Positions 13,916-28,107 of a stretch of 64,000 nucleotides of DNA are shown here, piece by piece (within the stretch, counting starts at the first letter, position 1; every line of letters starts with the position of its first letter). This DNA comes from Blastocystis sp. Blastoise (lineage: Eukaryota > Protista > Bigyra: Opalinata), in contig JBBPEB010000032.1 in NCBI GenBank assembly GCA_039096225.1, forward strand, positions 930,001-994,000, written 5' to 3'. The translations under genes were made by a program, and so were the position numbers. Below the pieces are notes generated by a model, which ran no database searches, was not told the DNA's origin, and saw only the letters and a list, made by a program, of their open reading frames with translations.

Positions 13916-16900
13916 TTATTGATCAAGAACATCGTGAAGAGAGAAAAGAAGAGTTTCTTTGTTCATAACAATTCCAAATGAGAGACTGTAAGAAGAAAAA
14001 TATAAATATTATAATGATGTTTAACAATATACGTGTTTTGATTAATAATGATTTTCTTTGCTTTTTGATTGCATTTATATATATATATGTAATCCTCTTC
14101 TTTGATTATCTATAATGAAGAATAATAGATCAAATAAATAGAATACCGAAATGATATATAAAAGATATATACAGTAGTAGTGTCTGAACATGGCTGACTG
14201 TTGCTTAATGTGTGAAGTTTATATATATATAGAGAACACGTAGAAGTTGTAGTAGATACAAGAAGAAGAAGAAACGTAGAATTATTTGCAACTATATTTA
14301 TGAGAATATATTATATATATAAAGTAATATAGATTACGTAATATATATATGGATAAGATAATAGTTGTATATAATGTGATATATATATATAGAATACTTA
14401 TAATTTGGAAGTCTATGATAGACAGAGAGGTGTCTATTTGATATATAGAAGGATCTATATATTTATATTGTTTGTGAATAATGATTGGATAAAAATAGAG
14501 ACAGTTTGAAGTATCCAATGTACATAGCGAAGAACAACTAAAGAATAAAAAAGATAGTTAATATATATTATATGCATATATTAATAATATGTTATAGGTA
14601 TATAGAATAGAATCATATATATATATATACAATAAATGTAGTTGTGTCCCTTGTAGTGAAACCGTATTTGTCAGAGCTATATATATATATAATAATGAAA
14701 AGTGAATAACTATATACATATAGAAGATTGGAGAGATGATGAAATGGGTATCAAATAATCGTGGGAATGACTTGAAATAAACTGATATTTATTTTGTAAA
14801 GAATTCGGATTTCTATAATATATAATAATAGTAGAATAAAATAAGGTTATTGTATTTCATGTTTGATAAGAAGTTTTTCAATTTAATTGTATATATAAAT
14901 ACATATATACTCTGATTCTGCACCAAAATATGTATTTAAATGTTGAAAATAGAGGTCTTGACCATTTTTTTGGTTGAATAAATCTTCAAGATATTCAATA
15001 TTAAGAGAATCAACAGAAAATGAATCGTTTTCAGACTATATATAATCATACTAAGAATTCTAATATATGATATACTGCAAACACTATAATAGTATTAAAA
15101 ACATGAATATAACTATAAACAATTCTAAAAACAGTATATATACAATTTGATAAAAAGAATAAAGCCACGAAATGAATGTCACCATTGTTTCACGGGAATT
15201 TATCAAAATAGACTCAAATTGACTGATATATTCTTGAAAAGAAAATAGAGAGGACAAAAACAGAGATATTTCCTGTGATGTTACACTATATGATATATAT
15301 ATATATATGTATTTGTAAACTACATACTTTAGTTCATTAAAGACATATTCATATCTGTGAATATATGTCAATATTTGTTTATATAATTGTATTAATTGCA
15401 CAATGGAATGTATAATTAATTTTAATTTGGATATAGTCTATATAGCAGTCAAAATAGTATTAATAGAATATATATATATATATCTATACATCATTAGTAA
15501 ATTGTTGATATTCTTCTTTTAATCGTAATAAAGACTATATACTATATATATAAACATATATAATATATATACATAGTCTTTAAAGTGATTTGAGATATGT
15601 GTGACCATATTTATATTTATAATCCCTGTCCTATAGAGCGAACGAAATAAATCTAGAACGGTCAGAGTAGAATTCTATAAAGATATATATATATATATAT
15701 ATAGAGGAGACTATAGTAAATACAATAAAGAAAAGCTATTGTTTATTTAAATGCAAGAAATAGTATATATGTATAAAGTATAAACAAGATGATATATATG
15801 TATAATAAAATAATGTAGATAAAGAATAAAATACATGTTCCTGAAGTGCGTCATTCACACTTTGCATGAATGACATGTATTTTTTGTACGGTGTTTCCCA
15901 TTGTTTTGAAATAGTGTGTATTTGTGTTTCTATTAGATGAAAATAACCTGTTACTAATTGATGAATACAAGCTAAAGTCATAAAATGATGAATATATTTA
16001 TATAGAATGCGTAGATTCATAGTCAGAAGATAATACCTATATATATAAATATGTATATAATATTAGAAGAAGAAATTCAAGTATATATAAGAGGAAGTCA
16101 ATCCATCAGAAAATATATCTATATGGATAAAAATATAGAATACTAAATACTGTTTATTGGATTCCAGGCAGCAGAAAAGTGTTTTATTAGATACACGCGC
16201 GTCCTATATATAATGATAACATAATGTATATATATTGTTTAGAATTATAGAATCCATATCTATTTATAATCATAATTAAAGAATAGTGTAGAATGAATAG
16301 ATACAATAATATGGGAATCAGTTGAGAATAATGGAGAGAGAGATGGCAAAGAAATTGTTGTTATTTGAAAATATGGATATATAGAAACATTCATTGAGTC
16401 TAATGAAGAATTAATAATATAATTCATTATATAATAGTATATAATACAATAATATAATATAATAGTATATAATACATTAATATAATATAATTGTATATAA
16501 CATTATTACTTTTAGTATCAATCAAACAAAGGATAATCGGCTATGTATATAATAATAAACATATTTAAAAAATATAACATATAAATGAATAATATCAAAC
16601 ATAATAATTATGTAACAAAACATATAAGAAATAGTATAATAATACTATATATAAATATATACAGAAGGAGGGATATGAGATGCACTGTTATTTGAGAACT
16701 ATATGAACTCAAAAAAAAATAATAAATATAAACTAAATACTTCTATTCGAATTCTAGAATATAAATCGTTTTGAATTACTTCTAATTCTTGAATTGTATT
16801 ACTACTATATAAAATCATCAAAAACTAAGTAATATATACATTTGAAAAGGAAACATATTATTCTGAGAAATATTCTGTTTATTGAAAACAGAACTATCAT

Positions 16901-17297
16901 TAACAAAAAGCATTCTTTGAACTGGATTCTCACTTATATATTGATAAGGCTCTGCATAGGGTATTCCCTATACATTTTGTCATATTCAACAAATCTAAAA
17001 TACAATTTCAGTATTCAACATAAAAATTGTTCCAGATTCATCACAAAATAGAAGATCTTGACCATTTGAAGACCACATGAAAAATTGAATATTTGTATTC
17101 AAGCTATTCTGATAATCTACTAATCTTAACATCACATTCTCTTTCTAATCATATAATATTCGAGCCATAATTAATCAAAATACTTCAATTTTCAAATGCT
17201 TATTCTTCAAATAAAAGTAAATGAACATATTTTTAGATATATCTACTGTTGTGATTAAAGAATTAACAACTTTTCTTGATCGTAGCGTTAATTCCAT
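13916..17297 (-). CDS. Multi-exon (~17 exons) protein, tentatively anaphase-promoting complex subunit 4-like
   Basis: A continuous frame can be built with GT-AG introns from ATG 17297 to TAA 13916. N-terminal WD40-like segment FMWSSNGQDLLFCDESGTIFMLNTE and central helical segment ISKQWETPYKKYMSF loosely resemble APC4. The gene model is better supported than the product call. Confidence 0.45.
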
Positions 17298-18187
17298 GAT
17301 GATATGATTGTAAAAAAAATGCTGAAAAAGTCTGAAATTATGTTATAAATTGTTATTGATAAATGATACTATTCATGATTAATTTGACGATGAGATACCG
17401 CAATTTATAAAGTAAGGATTGAGAGGACACATTTAGTTATATATTTGACTTTTTTGAAAATAAATCTGATTGAGTACAATGAAATTATTAATGGGAGTGT
17501 TCTGTTAATTAAAGATTTGCTATTCAGATAAGTTGAACAACATATTTGTTGACATTAGAACATGCTTTTATAAAAATGAAAATGATTAAAGCATTTATTT
17601 CTTTTAATTTATTCTATAAGTTATGTAACATGTATATTCTAGCTTTTTTGAAATGTAACAAACTAACAGAAATGATTCTGAAATACTTAAAAAATAAATT
17701 CACTTGATAAATACAAATATTTTGCTTTTAATTGACTACATATGTTAAATTCATTAATTTAAGCGATGTTTTTAATTAGTGATACTAAAACTGATTAATA
17801 AAAAAAAAGAGAATAAAACTAAAGATATAATAATCCATGAACATATTCTTATTATTTATAAACTTGATCACTTACAATACTTTAAGATATTATTGTCATA
17901 AAGAATAATATATATATATATCAAAATAATCATATATAAAACAATAAAAATATATTTTGAACAGTTAATGAATATATATACAGAATTATTATAATAACAT
18001 CGAAAAAAAGTATATATATATATTATTTACACAAAACATATTTAAAAAACTTGTGTATAAACGAGATATTACGGTAATAGAACATAAAAACATCAATAAA
18101 TAATAGAATAGGCATGTATATATAATAATAATAGAACTAAATCAAAAAGATAGAAGTAATAATAGATAAAAAACTATATATATATAT

Positions 18188-19978
18188 TTAATGACATAAT
18201 CGTTTGAAATGTATATATTCAGTATGATGTAAATAGAATAGACTTGAGTTCGATAGAACAATATTCTTCTTTATAAATATATCTGCATTCAATTGTTGTT
18301 CATTTAAGAATATAGGTTCAATATTATTATATAGAGATAATTGAGATAATATAACGTCATCAGATTGATATAGATACTCCATATAAGGGAATGTACGAAC
18401 ATGTTTCTCAATTATATCTTTAGACAAAAGAACCGCGGGACCATACACAAAAGGTAAATCCCAAGGTAAACAATAATAAGGTTTATTCCATTTAGTAATA
18501 ACAGATATACCTGGAATAGAAACACGTCGAATACCCGAATAGAGTGTATTGTTTCTTTCTTTAGGAACATAGGACATAAATCGAGGGACATTTAAACAAA
18601 TATCATCATCTCCTATAACAAAATAATGAGTAGTAGTATTAGATTGTACAATAAGATCTTCTATCATAAATACTTTTAAAGTATTATTCATATAATCTTC
18701 AACTATATTTGTACCTATAATATCCTGATAAGTGTCTTCTTCTTCTTTAATTAGCTTCATAGAAGATGAAGGATATAGGTCTTTACTTATTACAAAATAA
18801 ACAGTAAAATTATATTTCTTTTTATTTTCATTATTTGCCCATGTTTCCCGTATACCTTTTCGTTTATTAATATTCTTAGAACTGGATTTGAATATAAAGA
18901 CAAGATGATAGTTATTAAATAAATCTTGAATCTCTTTATGTTTAGGAAACATAAAAAAGGAGAATCTTGTTCCCACGGGAAAGAAGAAGAATGTAGGTTG
19001 ATAGAGTGAAGATAAACCAGGAATAGAAGAAATTCCTTGATCTCTATATTCTTGATATAAATATTTTATAGTAGTATTTGAATCATAGATTTGAATAGGA
19101 TTATAAGGATGATAATATTCTTCATAATCTATAGTACTAATATGTGAAGGGGGTAGAACTATATATTGACCATAGAGTATAGAATCTTCATAGAAATATG
19201 TAGGTTTCTTTTGATCTTCTAATAAAGAATTATATATAAATGTATAATTCACAGGAACAGGAGAAACATGTAATTTATATTGTCTATAGGAATAAAAACA
19301 TTCTTCAAATTCTTCTTTAGAGAGTGACTTGTTTGTATTTGGATCACAATATTCATGGGAATAATAACTCGTTTCATTCATTATCATTTGAAGAGAGGGA
19401 AGAAATGTATGTGTGTACTGATTATTAAGAATTGGCTTTAGTATGACCGAAGAAGGAAATGTGTCTAAAGTAATTAAATCAAACTTACTCTTATTTAAAT
19501 CCTTAGCAAAAAAGAGATGTTGACGTAATGTTTCATGTGGACGAATAAAATGAGAAGGAGAATGCTTTAGATGAATCTCTGTAGAATTCACATAATCTAT
19601 AGAATGATCTATATTATTTGAATGATTGAGATTTGACGATAAAGGAGTAATAACTGTTATATTTGAAACTGACGTCATATTATTTGTGAAGTCTGAAGGT
19701 AAACTATTGATTTTATGATTCAATCCAAATTGTGTAGAGTATAGAAAAATACTTGCTTTTGAATTCAACAAATCAATAGAATGATCTAATCATTATATAA
19801 TAAAAATGTATTATATTCTATAAAAAAACATACCTGATGCATCTTGAATGGTTTTCAATGAATCTGATGTGCAAAAGAAGAAAGAACGCTCAATTTGTGC
19901 AGCGAAAGACATAAGAATGGTAATAAATAATAGCAGACTTGGAAGAGTGAAGTGATACATCACATATCCAAATCTCAT
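18188..19978 (-). CDS. GT31-family beta-1,3-glycosyltransferase (type II membrane protein, 2 exons)
   Basis: N-terminal TM in exon 1 (ATG 19978); motifs RKGIRETW, EEEDTYQDII, EDYMNNTLK, DDD, GPAVLLSKD, DDV. Confidence 0.85.
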
Positions 19979-21685
19979 GTTACTTTATTAAGTATAATGA
20001 AAGACAAAATATACTTAAAACAAATAGTAATACGACACTTTAAAAAAAAATTTATTTTTATTTTTTATTTTTATTTTTATTTTTTATTTTTATTTTTATT
20101 TTTTTGCTAAAAAGACGCTTCAATTATTTCCAAGGGACAAAATAATTCATACCCTATAAATGCTATATTTTTATGGAGATTACTTGTTGATTAAAAAATG
20201 AAAATTCTTGCTCTATATGTAAATAGTATAAGAAAGAGAAGCATGGGCACACTGCTCATTCATTAAGAAAACGTTTAGTTACTAATATAAGTAATACAAA
20301 AAAACAATGTCAAAAAAAGTATTACAAAAAGATTTAGATTATTCATGATATTAGAATAAAAGATGATGAAAATCTTGATAGATGATGATGCTATATGACT
20401 TGAGATTTATTTGCTGTTATTTAAATCGGAAACTAAATAATTGCTCATAAAACGATGATGTTAATATTTCAAATAGCTATAGTTGTAGTATGAATCAGGA
20501 TTCAGATTATGTGTTACACTGAACTGTTTTACCCTATTACAGATACGTCTTTGTATCAGAAAATGATCAATGGCTCTTGTGTATATGGTTAAGGGTGCAC
20601 GAATTTCATTTTTATTATTTTCTTTTCATGTGGAAGAATATATGATTTAAATTAATTTTCATTATGATATGTAAAAACTATAAATAATTGGATATTAATT
20701 CGGATTCTAACAAGCATAATTTGCAGTACCTTTATTATGAAAAGTAACATTGTTTTTATTAAGATTTTCTTTTTATATAATTATTTAAATACATAATCTT
20801 ATATATTCAAACGGTATAAAAGATTTTTTTTTCATATTAAATATCAGTTTATTCTTATAAAAGTATTACAAATAAATATGTAGAAATGGATTACTTTGGA
20901 TATATTTTGGAAATAAATAGTATTAAGTAGAATGAATAAAATGATTAGTAACAAAAATTGTTCTCAGAAAGATATTAAAATAAGTTAATTTGGTAATAGA
21001 AGTTATACAGGAAAATATAATAAATATGTATTATTATTTAATGAATTTAACTAGTATGTAAGTATACTATTCTTCCGAGATTGATGTATTTGATAATACT
21101 ACATATATACATCTATCTATAATTATCAATAGAAATCATACTATCTTAATAAAGAAATGATATAGCTAAACAAATCAAAGTCATGTCTATAACTTGTACT
21201 AAAAACTAAAATAAAAAGGAATAGCAATAAGAATAAAGAGAAAAAGAAGAATATATTCATTACCTTTTAAAATTAAATAAAAATAGAAATGAATAAAAGA
21301 AGAAAAAAAGTTAAATCATAAAAATAGCATTGTAATCATAACTTGTATCGAAAAGAATAGTAATCAAACGATATATAAGGAGAAAAAATTATAATTTATC
21401 CTATTATCCCAACATATATAAAGAAATCAATAAAGAAATTGAGAATAAGAAAAAGGTATAAACACGGCATTAATAAAAGGTTAAGATAATCAATAAAATA
21501 GTATAATATAATTTATTATATGTAGTTAAAAAAACTCTAATATAATATTTAAAAAAAATAATAATTGTGAAAATATGAAAAAGAAAAATCATATTTTTAA
21601 ATATTAAAAAAATAATAAACAGATAAAAAAATAAAAGTCAGAATATTTGTACTTGAAGATTATATATATATATATATATATATAA

Positions 21686-23635
21686 TTAATAGTTTTTTCC
21701 TTTTTTATCACAGAGATACGTAACGCTTTTATCCGTAAAGTTTTGATGAAGTTCTTTAATGAATTGAAACCATAGAATATTCATATCAACCGAGAGAGGG
21801 TCATGAGTTAACTGTTTATAGAATGTATTCGCAAAATCAGATCTATATTTATATATATAGTTATAGATATATAGTTATATATATATAATGAATTCATATG
21901 AGTATGAACTAGTTATTATTTATGATTATAATTATAGTTATTACAATAATTTCAATTCTATATATTTATTCTATATATACCTTGGATGTGGAATATCTAT
22001 AGCAAAAGCATCTTTCATAACAGCAAATATATAGCCACTATATCGAAGGTGTTCAATCCAGCTGATTTTATCTTTCCCGTAATTAATAAACCGCTCATCA
22101 AATGGCGGTAAAGACTCAGTTCGCTTCACCATTATATAACTATATAGAATCATATTATATAAATATAGATATATTTATGGATATATAATATAATAGTAAA
22201 CAATAAAGAATAAAGAGAAATAGAAACATGAATTAATATATATATATATATATAAGGTTCTTGTTTGACTGATTGAAAACAAGGAACTAACATCAACGGA
22301 TTATAATACTCCGCTTTATACCAATCCTCAGTTAAATAGTTCTATAGAGCATATATAATAATAATAAAACATATATAATAATAATAAACCATATATAAAT
22401 TAATAAACCATATATAAACTAATAGTATATATATAATAATAATATATATACATGAACCCAAGCATTGGGTCGAAAAGGTCGACAATTTTGTTCCGAAATA
22501 CAGTTTTTCAGTTCATCGTGGTTACGAGGGATGTGAGGGATCACTCTAACAGATGGAAACAGGTAATAAAACGTAATAGAAATTAATAATAATAATAATA
22601 ATAATAGTAATAATAAACATAATAATAATAATAATAATAGTAATAATAAACATAATAATAAATATCTTCTTAATAAAGTAAATATTACAATGATACTATA
22701 TGTAAATGACAAAAATACTTATAACAATATAAAATAGAGCAATATACTTATTAACACAAGCCTCAAATTCTTTACATTCGATATTATTCTTATACTCAAA
22801 GGCGGGCACAATGATCGCCATTAAATCATTCGATAAAACTTGTTGAGGTAAACTACGAAGAGATTCATATGTCTTCTCTATATATATAATATAATAATAT
22901 AAAAATAATATAATAATATAAAAATAATATAATATAATAATAAAAATAATAATAATAATAATATATATACCTGAGGGCCACATGTCCATGTCTGTTAACC
23001 AGAAATGAGAAGTAATAACATTAGCTACAGCGATGTTACGTAATTTGTTATAAGGATAAATAGATTCATTTAAAGGATGAAATTGAATGAGTTGAAGTCG
23101 TTGGGATAACGAGGCACTATTAACAAATGTGTCGAAATCATTCTGATCTTCTTGTTTCAAGTATATAGTGGCGACCATTGGACTATTAAAAAGAATTAGA
23201 ACAATAAAAGAGGTGAAGAAATGGTATATACCCTGACCATCTTTGCACGATATGTGCAAAATAAAAGAGTCTTTCACTCCTAAAAATTAATGAATAAATA
23301 AAAAAATATATAAAAATATATTAGTTACGACGTTTGAGTAATTAGAGTCACATCATAGTCTTCTTTTTGACTAACGGAACTATTAGAAAATACCATATCA
23401 TTCATATCGATCATCGACTTATTTAAATCACCTCTTAAAACCTATATTATAGACAGTTTAGATTATGTTAACATAAAATGATCTCCTTACTAATTCATTT
23501 TTAGGGAAACCTCCTTTAACAAGTAATCCAATTAAGCTGATATCAATAATAAGTAAAATAGTAAGAAACATACAAAACAAAAATTAAGAATGCTATAATT
23601 TCCATAAAAAAAAGTATTCTAAGATACTTCTTCAT
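21686..23635 (-). CDS. GT49-family (LARGE/B4GAT1-like) glycosyltransferase, 10 exons
   Basis: N-terminal TM; motifs DVTLITQ, RWSGP, YPYNKLRNIA, DMD, IVPAFE, EPY, PPFDERFINYGKDKISW. One intron needs a TT donor. Confidence 0.88.
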
Positions 23636-24863
23636 ATTACTATCAATATTTTGTGCTATTATAGTTAACATATAGAATCAAATAGATCTTCAACAGTGTT
23701 TTTATATTTTAAAAATATTATATTTCTTGTTAATAAAATAATCTTGGGGATTCTCAAATGGATATAGCAATTGTATTCTTCTTTTATGGTTTTAAAATTA
23801 TTCATACAGAATTCATAATTCTTATGACCAAATAACTATAGACAACTTGAATGGTTGCACAAAAAACAAGGTAAGTTTAACAAAAACAAGAGTGGAAAGA
23901 AACTGTCTTTAAATGTTATTTTGGCTCTAATCTTATTAGAAAAGTCTTTATACTATTTTTTAAACCCATCATATTTATGATGAACTCTATGATATTATGA
24001 AAATAATTAAAAGAAAAATAAAGAAAACAATTTATGATTGTCTAGAAAACAGTAACATGTGTGTTTATATAGTTATTTGCATATTGAGTATGTGATGATT
24101 AGAATATAAAGTTATATAAAATATAAGTAGAGATGAAATCTTAAAAAATAATTTTTTAAAAACATGACTCTTTAAAAATAACCCAGAACTGCCTTTAGAT
24201 GCATAAATTTTCTCATAAGTAACTGGTATAATAATTGAGCATACTTTATTAATAGTAAGACGCTTTGTTCTTAAAAAAAGCGCGACGAACATGAATTTAA
24301 TGTTACTGCAGGGATTGCTACTCATAGAATAGTGATGTGACCATAACAAATTATAGAATATATTTGAATATATCATTCTAAGTAATTATTTCCATGATGT
24401 AATAATTTCTTTTGTTAAGAATTTGAATTCTATTCTAATAGTTTGATGAAAACTTATAGAGATCAAGTTTACGTATTTAATAGCTTGATTAACGAAATAT
24501 ATAGAAACTTTATTAAATGACTTCAACTTTCTATCCTAGTAAATTGAATTCAATTATCTTTTAGATCTTGGCATTATTTGAGTTACAAGAAACATGAATA
24601 TTATGATAGTTACATCAAATCAATTAGTTCCTTGGAAAAAAGTTCTTTAAGAAGAATATAGTTCACTTATTAATAGTGAGATACATATGTTTACATCCAT
24701 ATTTTATATTAATTACAAAGAGTATCTATATATATATGATGAAATGCAACAACAAAAAATTCAATTTTGTTTTCACTGATTTTTTTAAACATTCTGTTTC
24801 TTTCTATTTTAGTGGTGTTTCTCATAATAGAAACTAATAAATTTTATTCTAAATATAGCAGCC

Positions 24864-25586
24864 ATGGATTGTACAGTAGCAAATCATATTATCGATGGAA
24901 TATATATTGGTTCTATACATAATGCTCGCGATCTTGAATCCTTGCATAGAGACAATATTCGATGTATTATTAATTGCTCAGAAATGGATTATACACTTGC
25001 TGATGATTCCATAGAAATATACTCCTTCTTCGTTACTCCTTCTCCTTCTCAAACACCACTAAAGTATTTCCATGATGTTTTTGAAAAGATAGACTCATAT
25101 CTATCAAAGAAAGAACATGTATTGATTCATTGTTATTATGGTCAAACACGATCTGCTGTTGTGACAACTGCCTTTTTGATTTGGAAAAATAAATTATCGT
25201 TAAAGGAATGTTATCGGATTCTTATGAAAGGAAGGCCGATTTGTGACATTTCTTATGAATATTATGATCTTCTTGAGAATTTAGTGAATGAATGGATATA
25301 TGGCAAAGAGATTCAAATCAATAATGATAACTATGAGTCAAAATTAATTCAATTCTCTTTAAATGATATAAAAGATGAAAATGAATTAAAAGTCTTAGTT
25401 TCCAGTATTCAAGTAGATGGTATCAAATGGGGAAATTGGAATATTGAAGAAACTCCTTTTAATACTTATAATTATATTATAGAAGTCTTTGTATTAAGTG
25501 GAATGTGTGATTTTAATAAAGTTTTTTATACTATTCAAAATACTGTGAATTCTATTTGTTCTGATGTTACTGTTTTAGATGAATAA
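24864..25586 (+). CDS. Dual-specificity phosphatase with C-terminal EF-1beta-GEF-like domain (paralog 1)
   Basis: IYIGS, IINCS, VLIHCYYGQTRS (CX5R), AFLIW, RPIC; tail SIQVDGIKWG. Intronless. Confidence 0.85.
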   Translation: MDCTVANHIIDGIYIGSIHNARDLESLHRDNIRCIINCSEMDYTLADDSIEIYSFFVTPSPSQTPLKYFHDVFEKIDSYLSKKEHVLIHCYYGQTRSAVVTTAFLIWKNKLSLKECYRILMKGRPICDISYEYYDLLENLVNEWIYGKEIQINNDNYESKLIQFSLNDIKDENELKVLVSSIQVDGIKWGNWNIEETPFNTYNYIIEVFVLSGMCDFNKVFYTIQNTVNSICSDVTVLDE

Positions 25587-25970
25587 ATTCTACTCTTTCT
25601 ATTTGAATATATATATATATTGTTGTTTCTTTTCTCTTTTTCTTTAGTTTACTTCTTTATATATATATATATTTTAATAATTATTAATCTACATATACTA
25701 TACAAGTAATAATATATTCTTCTCTTTTATAACAAAACTTCAACATTCATTTAAAACACACAAAACACACTTGATCTTCCATATTTGTTTTCAAATCTCA
25801 TTTGAATATTCGATTTCTGACAGAGGATGATGTGTTCGTATTCAAGCCACTTTTAAAGATTATTTATAACAGAAGACTAAAAAAGATTTCTTCCAGCCTT
25901 CTAAAAGAAACAAATATAAACAAAATTTATTTTTTTGTTTTCCTCACATTTCTTTTTATTAACTGTAAAC

Positions 25971-26705
25971 ATGATGGGTTCTCTAATATCTCTTGAGCCA
26001 AACAAAATCATTGATAATCTATATATTGGATCTCTTGAAAATGCTAAAACACCTGCTATACTTAAAGAGTATGATATCAAGTGTATCATTAATCTCTCAG
26101 AAACAGAATATCCGTTGAGTGATTCTTCCATCGATCGTTATAACTTTACTATTGATCCTTGCACAACGTTAACTCCTCTAACGTATTTCCATGATGTATT
26201 TGAGAAGATGAATTATTATATTTCAAAACAGCAGAATGTACTTATTCATTGTTTTTATGGAAGATTACGATCTGCTTGTATGGCAACAGCGTATATTATT
26301 TGGTCAAAGAAACTAACTGTTGATGATGCCTTTGAAATAGTTCATAGTCATCGTCCAATGTGTGGTTTGACTGTTGAAAATAAGGCATTTCTGACTAATC
26401 TCTATGATGAATACATAAATCACAAAGTGATTCAAAACGATTGGGCTGATTATGACAAATATACATTTATGTATGTTTTAAAAGATGATAAAGATATATT
26501 TGAATGTCGTGGTTTATTATTAGGAGTACAAGGATCTGGTATTCATTATGGAAAATGGAATAGACCCGATACAACTCCAGGATACTATCAATATATGGTA
26601 GATATTTATCTCAATCCAAAGTTTGTCCATGTAAATGATTTCAAACAAGATATTCAAAGTAAATTAGCTCCTTTCTGCTCAGAAATGTCTTTTTCTAAAG
26701 CTTAA
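25971..26705 (+). CDS. Dual-specificity phosphatase with C-terminal EF-1beta-GEF-like domain (paralog 2)
   Basis: PNKIIDNLYIGS, VLIHCFYGRLRS, AYIIW, HRPMC; tail GVQGSGIHYG. First ATG at 25971; intronless tandem duplicate. Confidence 0.85.
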   Translation: MMGSLISLEPNKIIDNLYIGSLENAKTPAILKEYDIKCIINLSETEYPLSDSSIDRYNFTIDPCTTLTPLTYFHDVFEKMNYYISKQQNVLIHCFYGRLRSACMATAYIIWSKKLTVDDAFEIVHSHRPMCGLTVENKAFLTNLYDEYINHKVIQNDWADYDKYTFMYVLKDDKDIFECRGLLLGVQGSGIHYGKWNRPDTTPGYYQYMVDIYLNPKFVHVNDFKQDIQSKLAPFCSEMSFSKA

Positions 26706-27196
26706 AAGTTTTATTTTTTAGTATCTTTTCTTTTTATTGGTTTTTTATTTATTTATGTTAATAACATATATATTTACATTTGTATCCTATATTTAGTTTT
26801 TTATTTTTGATAGATTTATACACATGTGAAGTTGTATACAAGCATATCCTGAAATCTCATGTTTTGTTAAACAATAATATACCTTCAATTATGTTTTTAT
26901 AATATGTTTTTTGGATATATTATTTTTTTTATACGATATATATTCATTTAATGGAATATATTCAATTCATGAGATTCTTTTAAAATTATATATTCTTTTT
27001 TCAGAACAACAATGACATTCATTTTTATATACTTATGATACTGGATAGAAATATTAATATAATGCATATTAATTTAGTTTTCTATCAGAAAAAAAAGATA
27101 TAGTAAAGAATAAAAAACAAATGACTATATATAATTGAATAATAATGACAACAAAAATGATCAACGTATATAGATCCTATATTTATATCAATGAAA

Positions 27197-27710
27197 CTAA
27201 CTCTTGTTACTATTCATTTGATTCATAAATTCTTCAATTTTTTGCATCTAGAAATTAATAAACTAATTGCTATGAATATTTAGAAATACGAAAAGAGGAT
27301 CTTTGCGAGCACATAGTTTGACATCACTCACGTTGATTGTGCTTCGTTTTCCATGTGTAGCAAACATTTCAAGATCTTTCGAATAGGATTCTAAAAAAAC
27401 TATTAATTTTATTAAATATTTAATTACCAGAGTAATTCATTAATAATTCACATAAAGTAGCAACAGCCTATTTTTATACAATTAATCAATCATATTTTAT
27501 ATATACATCTCTCGTAACAGTGAATCCATTCTTTTCTCCTATATAATACTGCTATTAAACAAGAAATTAAAGTCAAAATTACCTTCTTCCTCACAAATCT
27601 TAAGAATTGTAAAATAGATAGAATTCTTCAAAGACTATGGATTATAATAGGTCTGGTAAAAATCAATTATTTACTGTCATCGCTTGAACATCTTGATTTG
27701 TATCTGTCAT
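27197..27710 (-). CDS. CENPS: Centromere protein S / MHF1 histone-fold protein (6 exons; absent from ORF track)
   Basis: Five GT-AG introns give MTDTNQDVQAMTSLKNSIYFTILKICEEEG...SKDLEMFATHGKRSTINVSDVKLCARKD..., containing the CENP-S DLEMFAxHxKRxTI signature. Confidence 0.9.
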
Positions 27711-28107
27711 TTTGAACAATAAATTATTAAATAGTATATATATTATTATGTAATACTTAAATCAATGATTTAATTTAAATAAAAAATAGAAATAAATATT
27801 AAAAATCAAATCAATTCTTTTCAGAAAACAATTTATATACAGATACTAGAGAGGATCTATTTTCAGATTATTTCAAGAAGAATTCCAATAATATTTCTGA
27901 AATGAAAACTCTAGACTTTCTAGGATTTTCTGTTTTTCTCTATAAAAAAATAAGAGAAATCCAGGGGGTCATGCAAAATGGCAGCTTTCTATTATTTTTC
28001 CTTGTGTAAATGAAAACTTAGGGGTTGTCGCGTTTTTGATAAAATGTTTTTATTTTTGGAAAGGCAATATATATATATTGTTGATATTCCCACCTACACA
28101 ATTTAAT

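Noticed and set aside
20450-20525. Possible box C/D snoRNA (ATGATG...CTGA)
   Set aside because: No terminal stem or recognisable rRNA-complementary guide; such motifs are expected by chance in AT-rich DNA.
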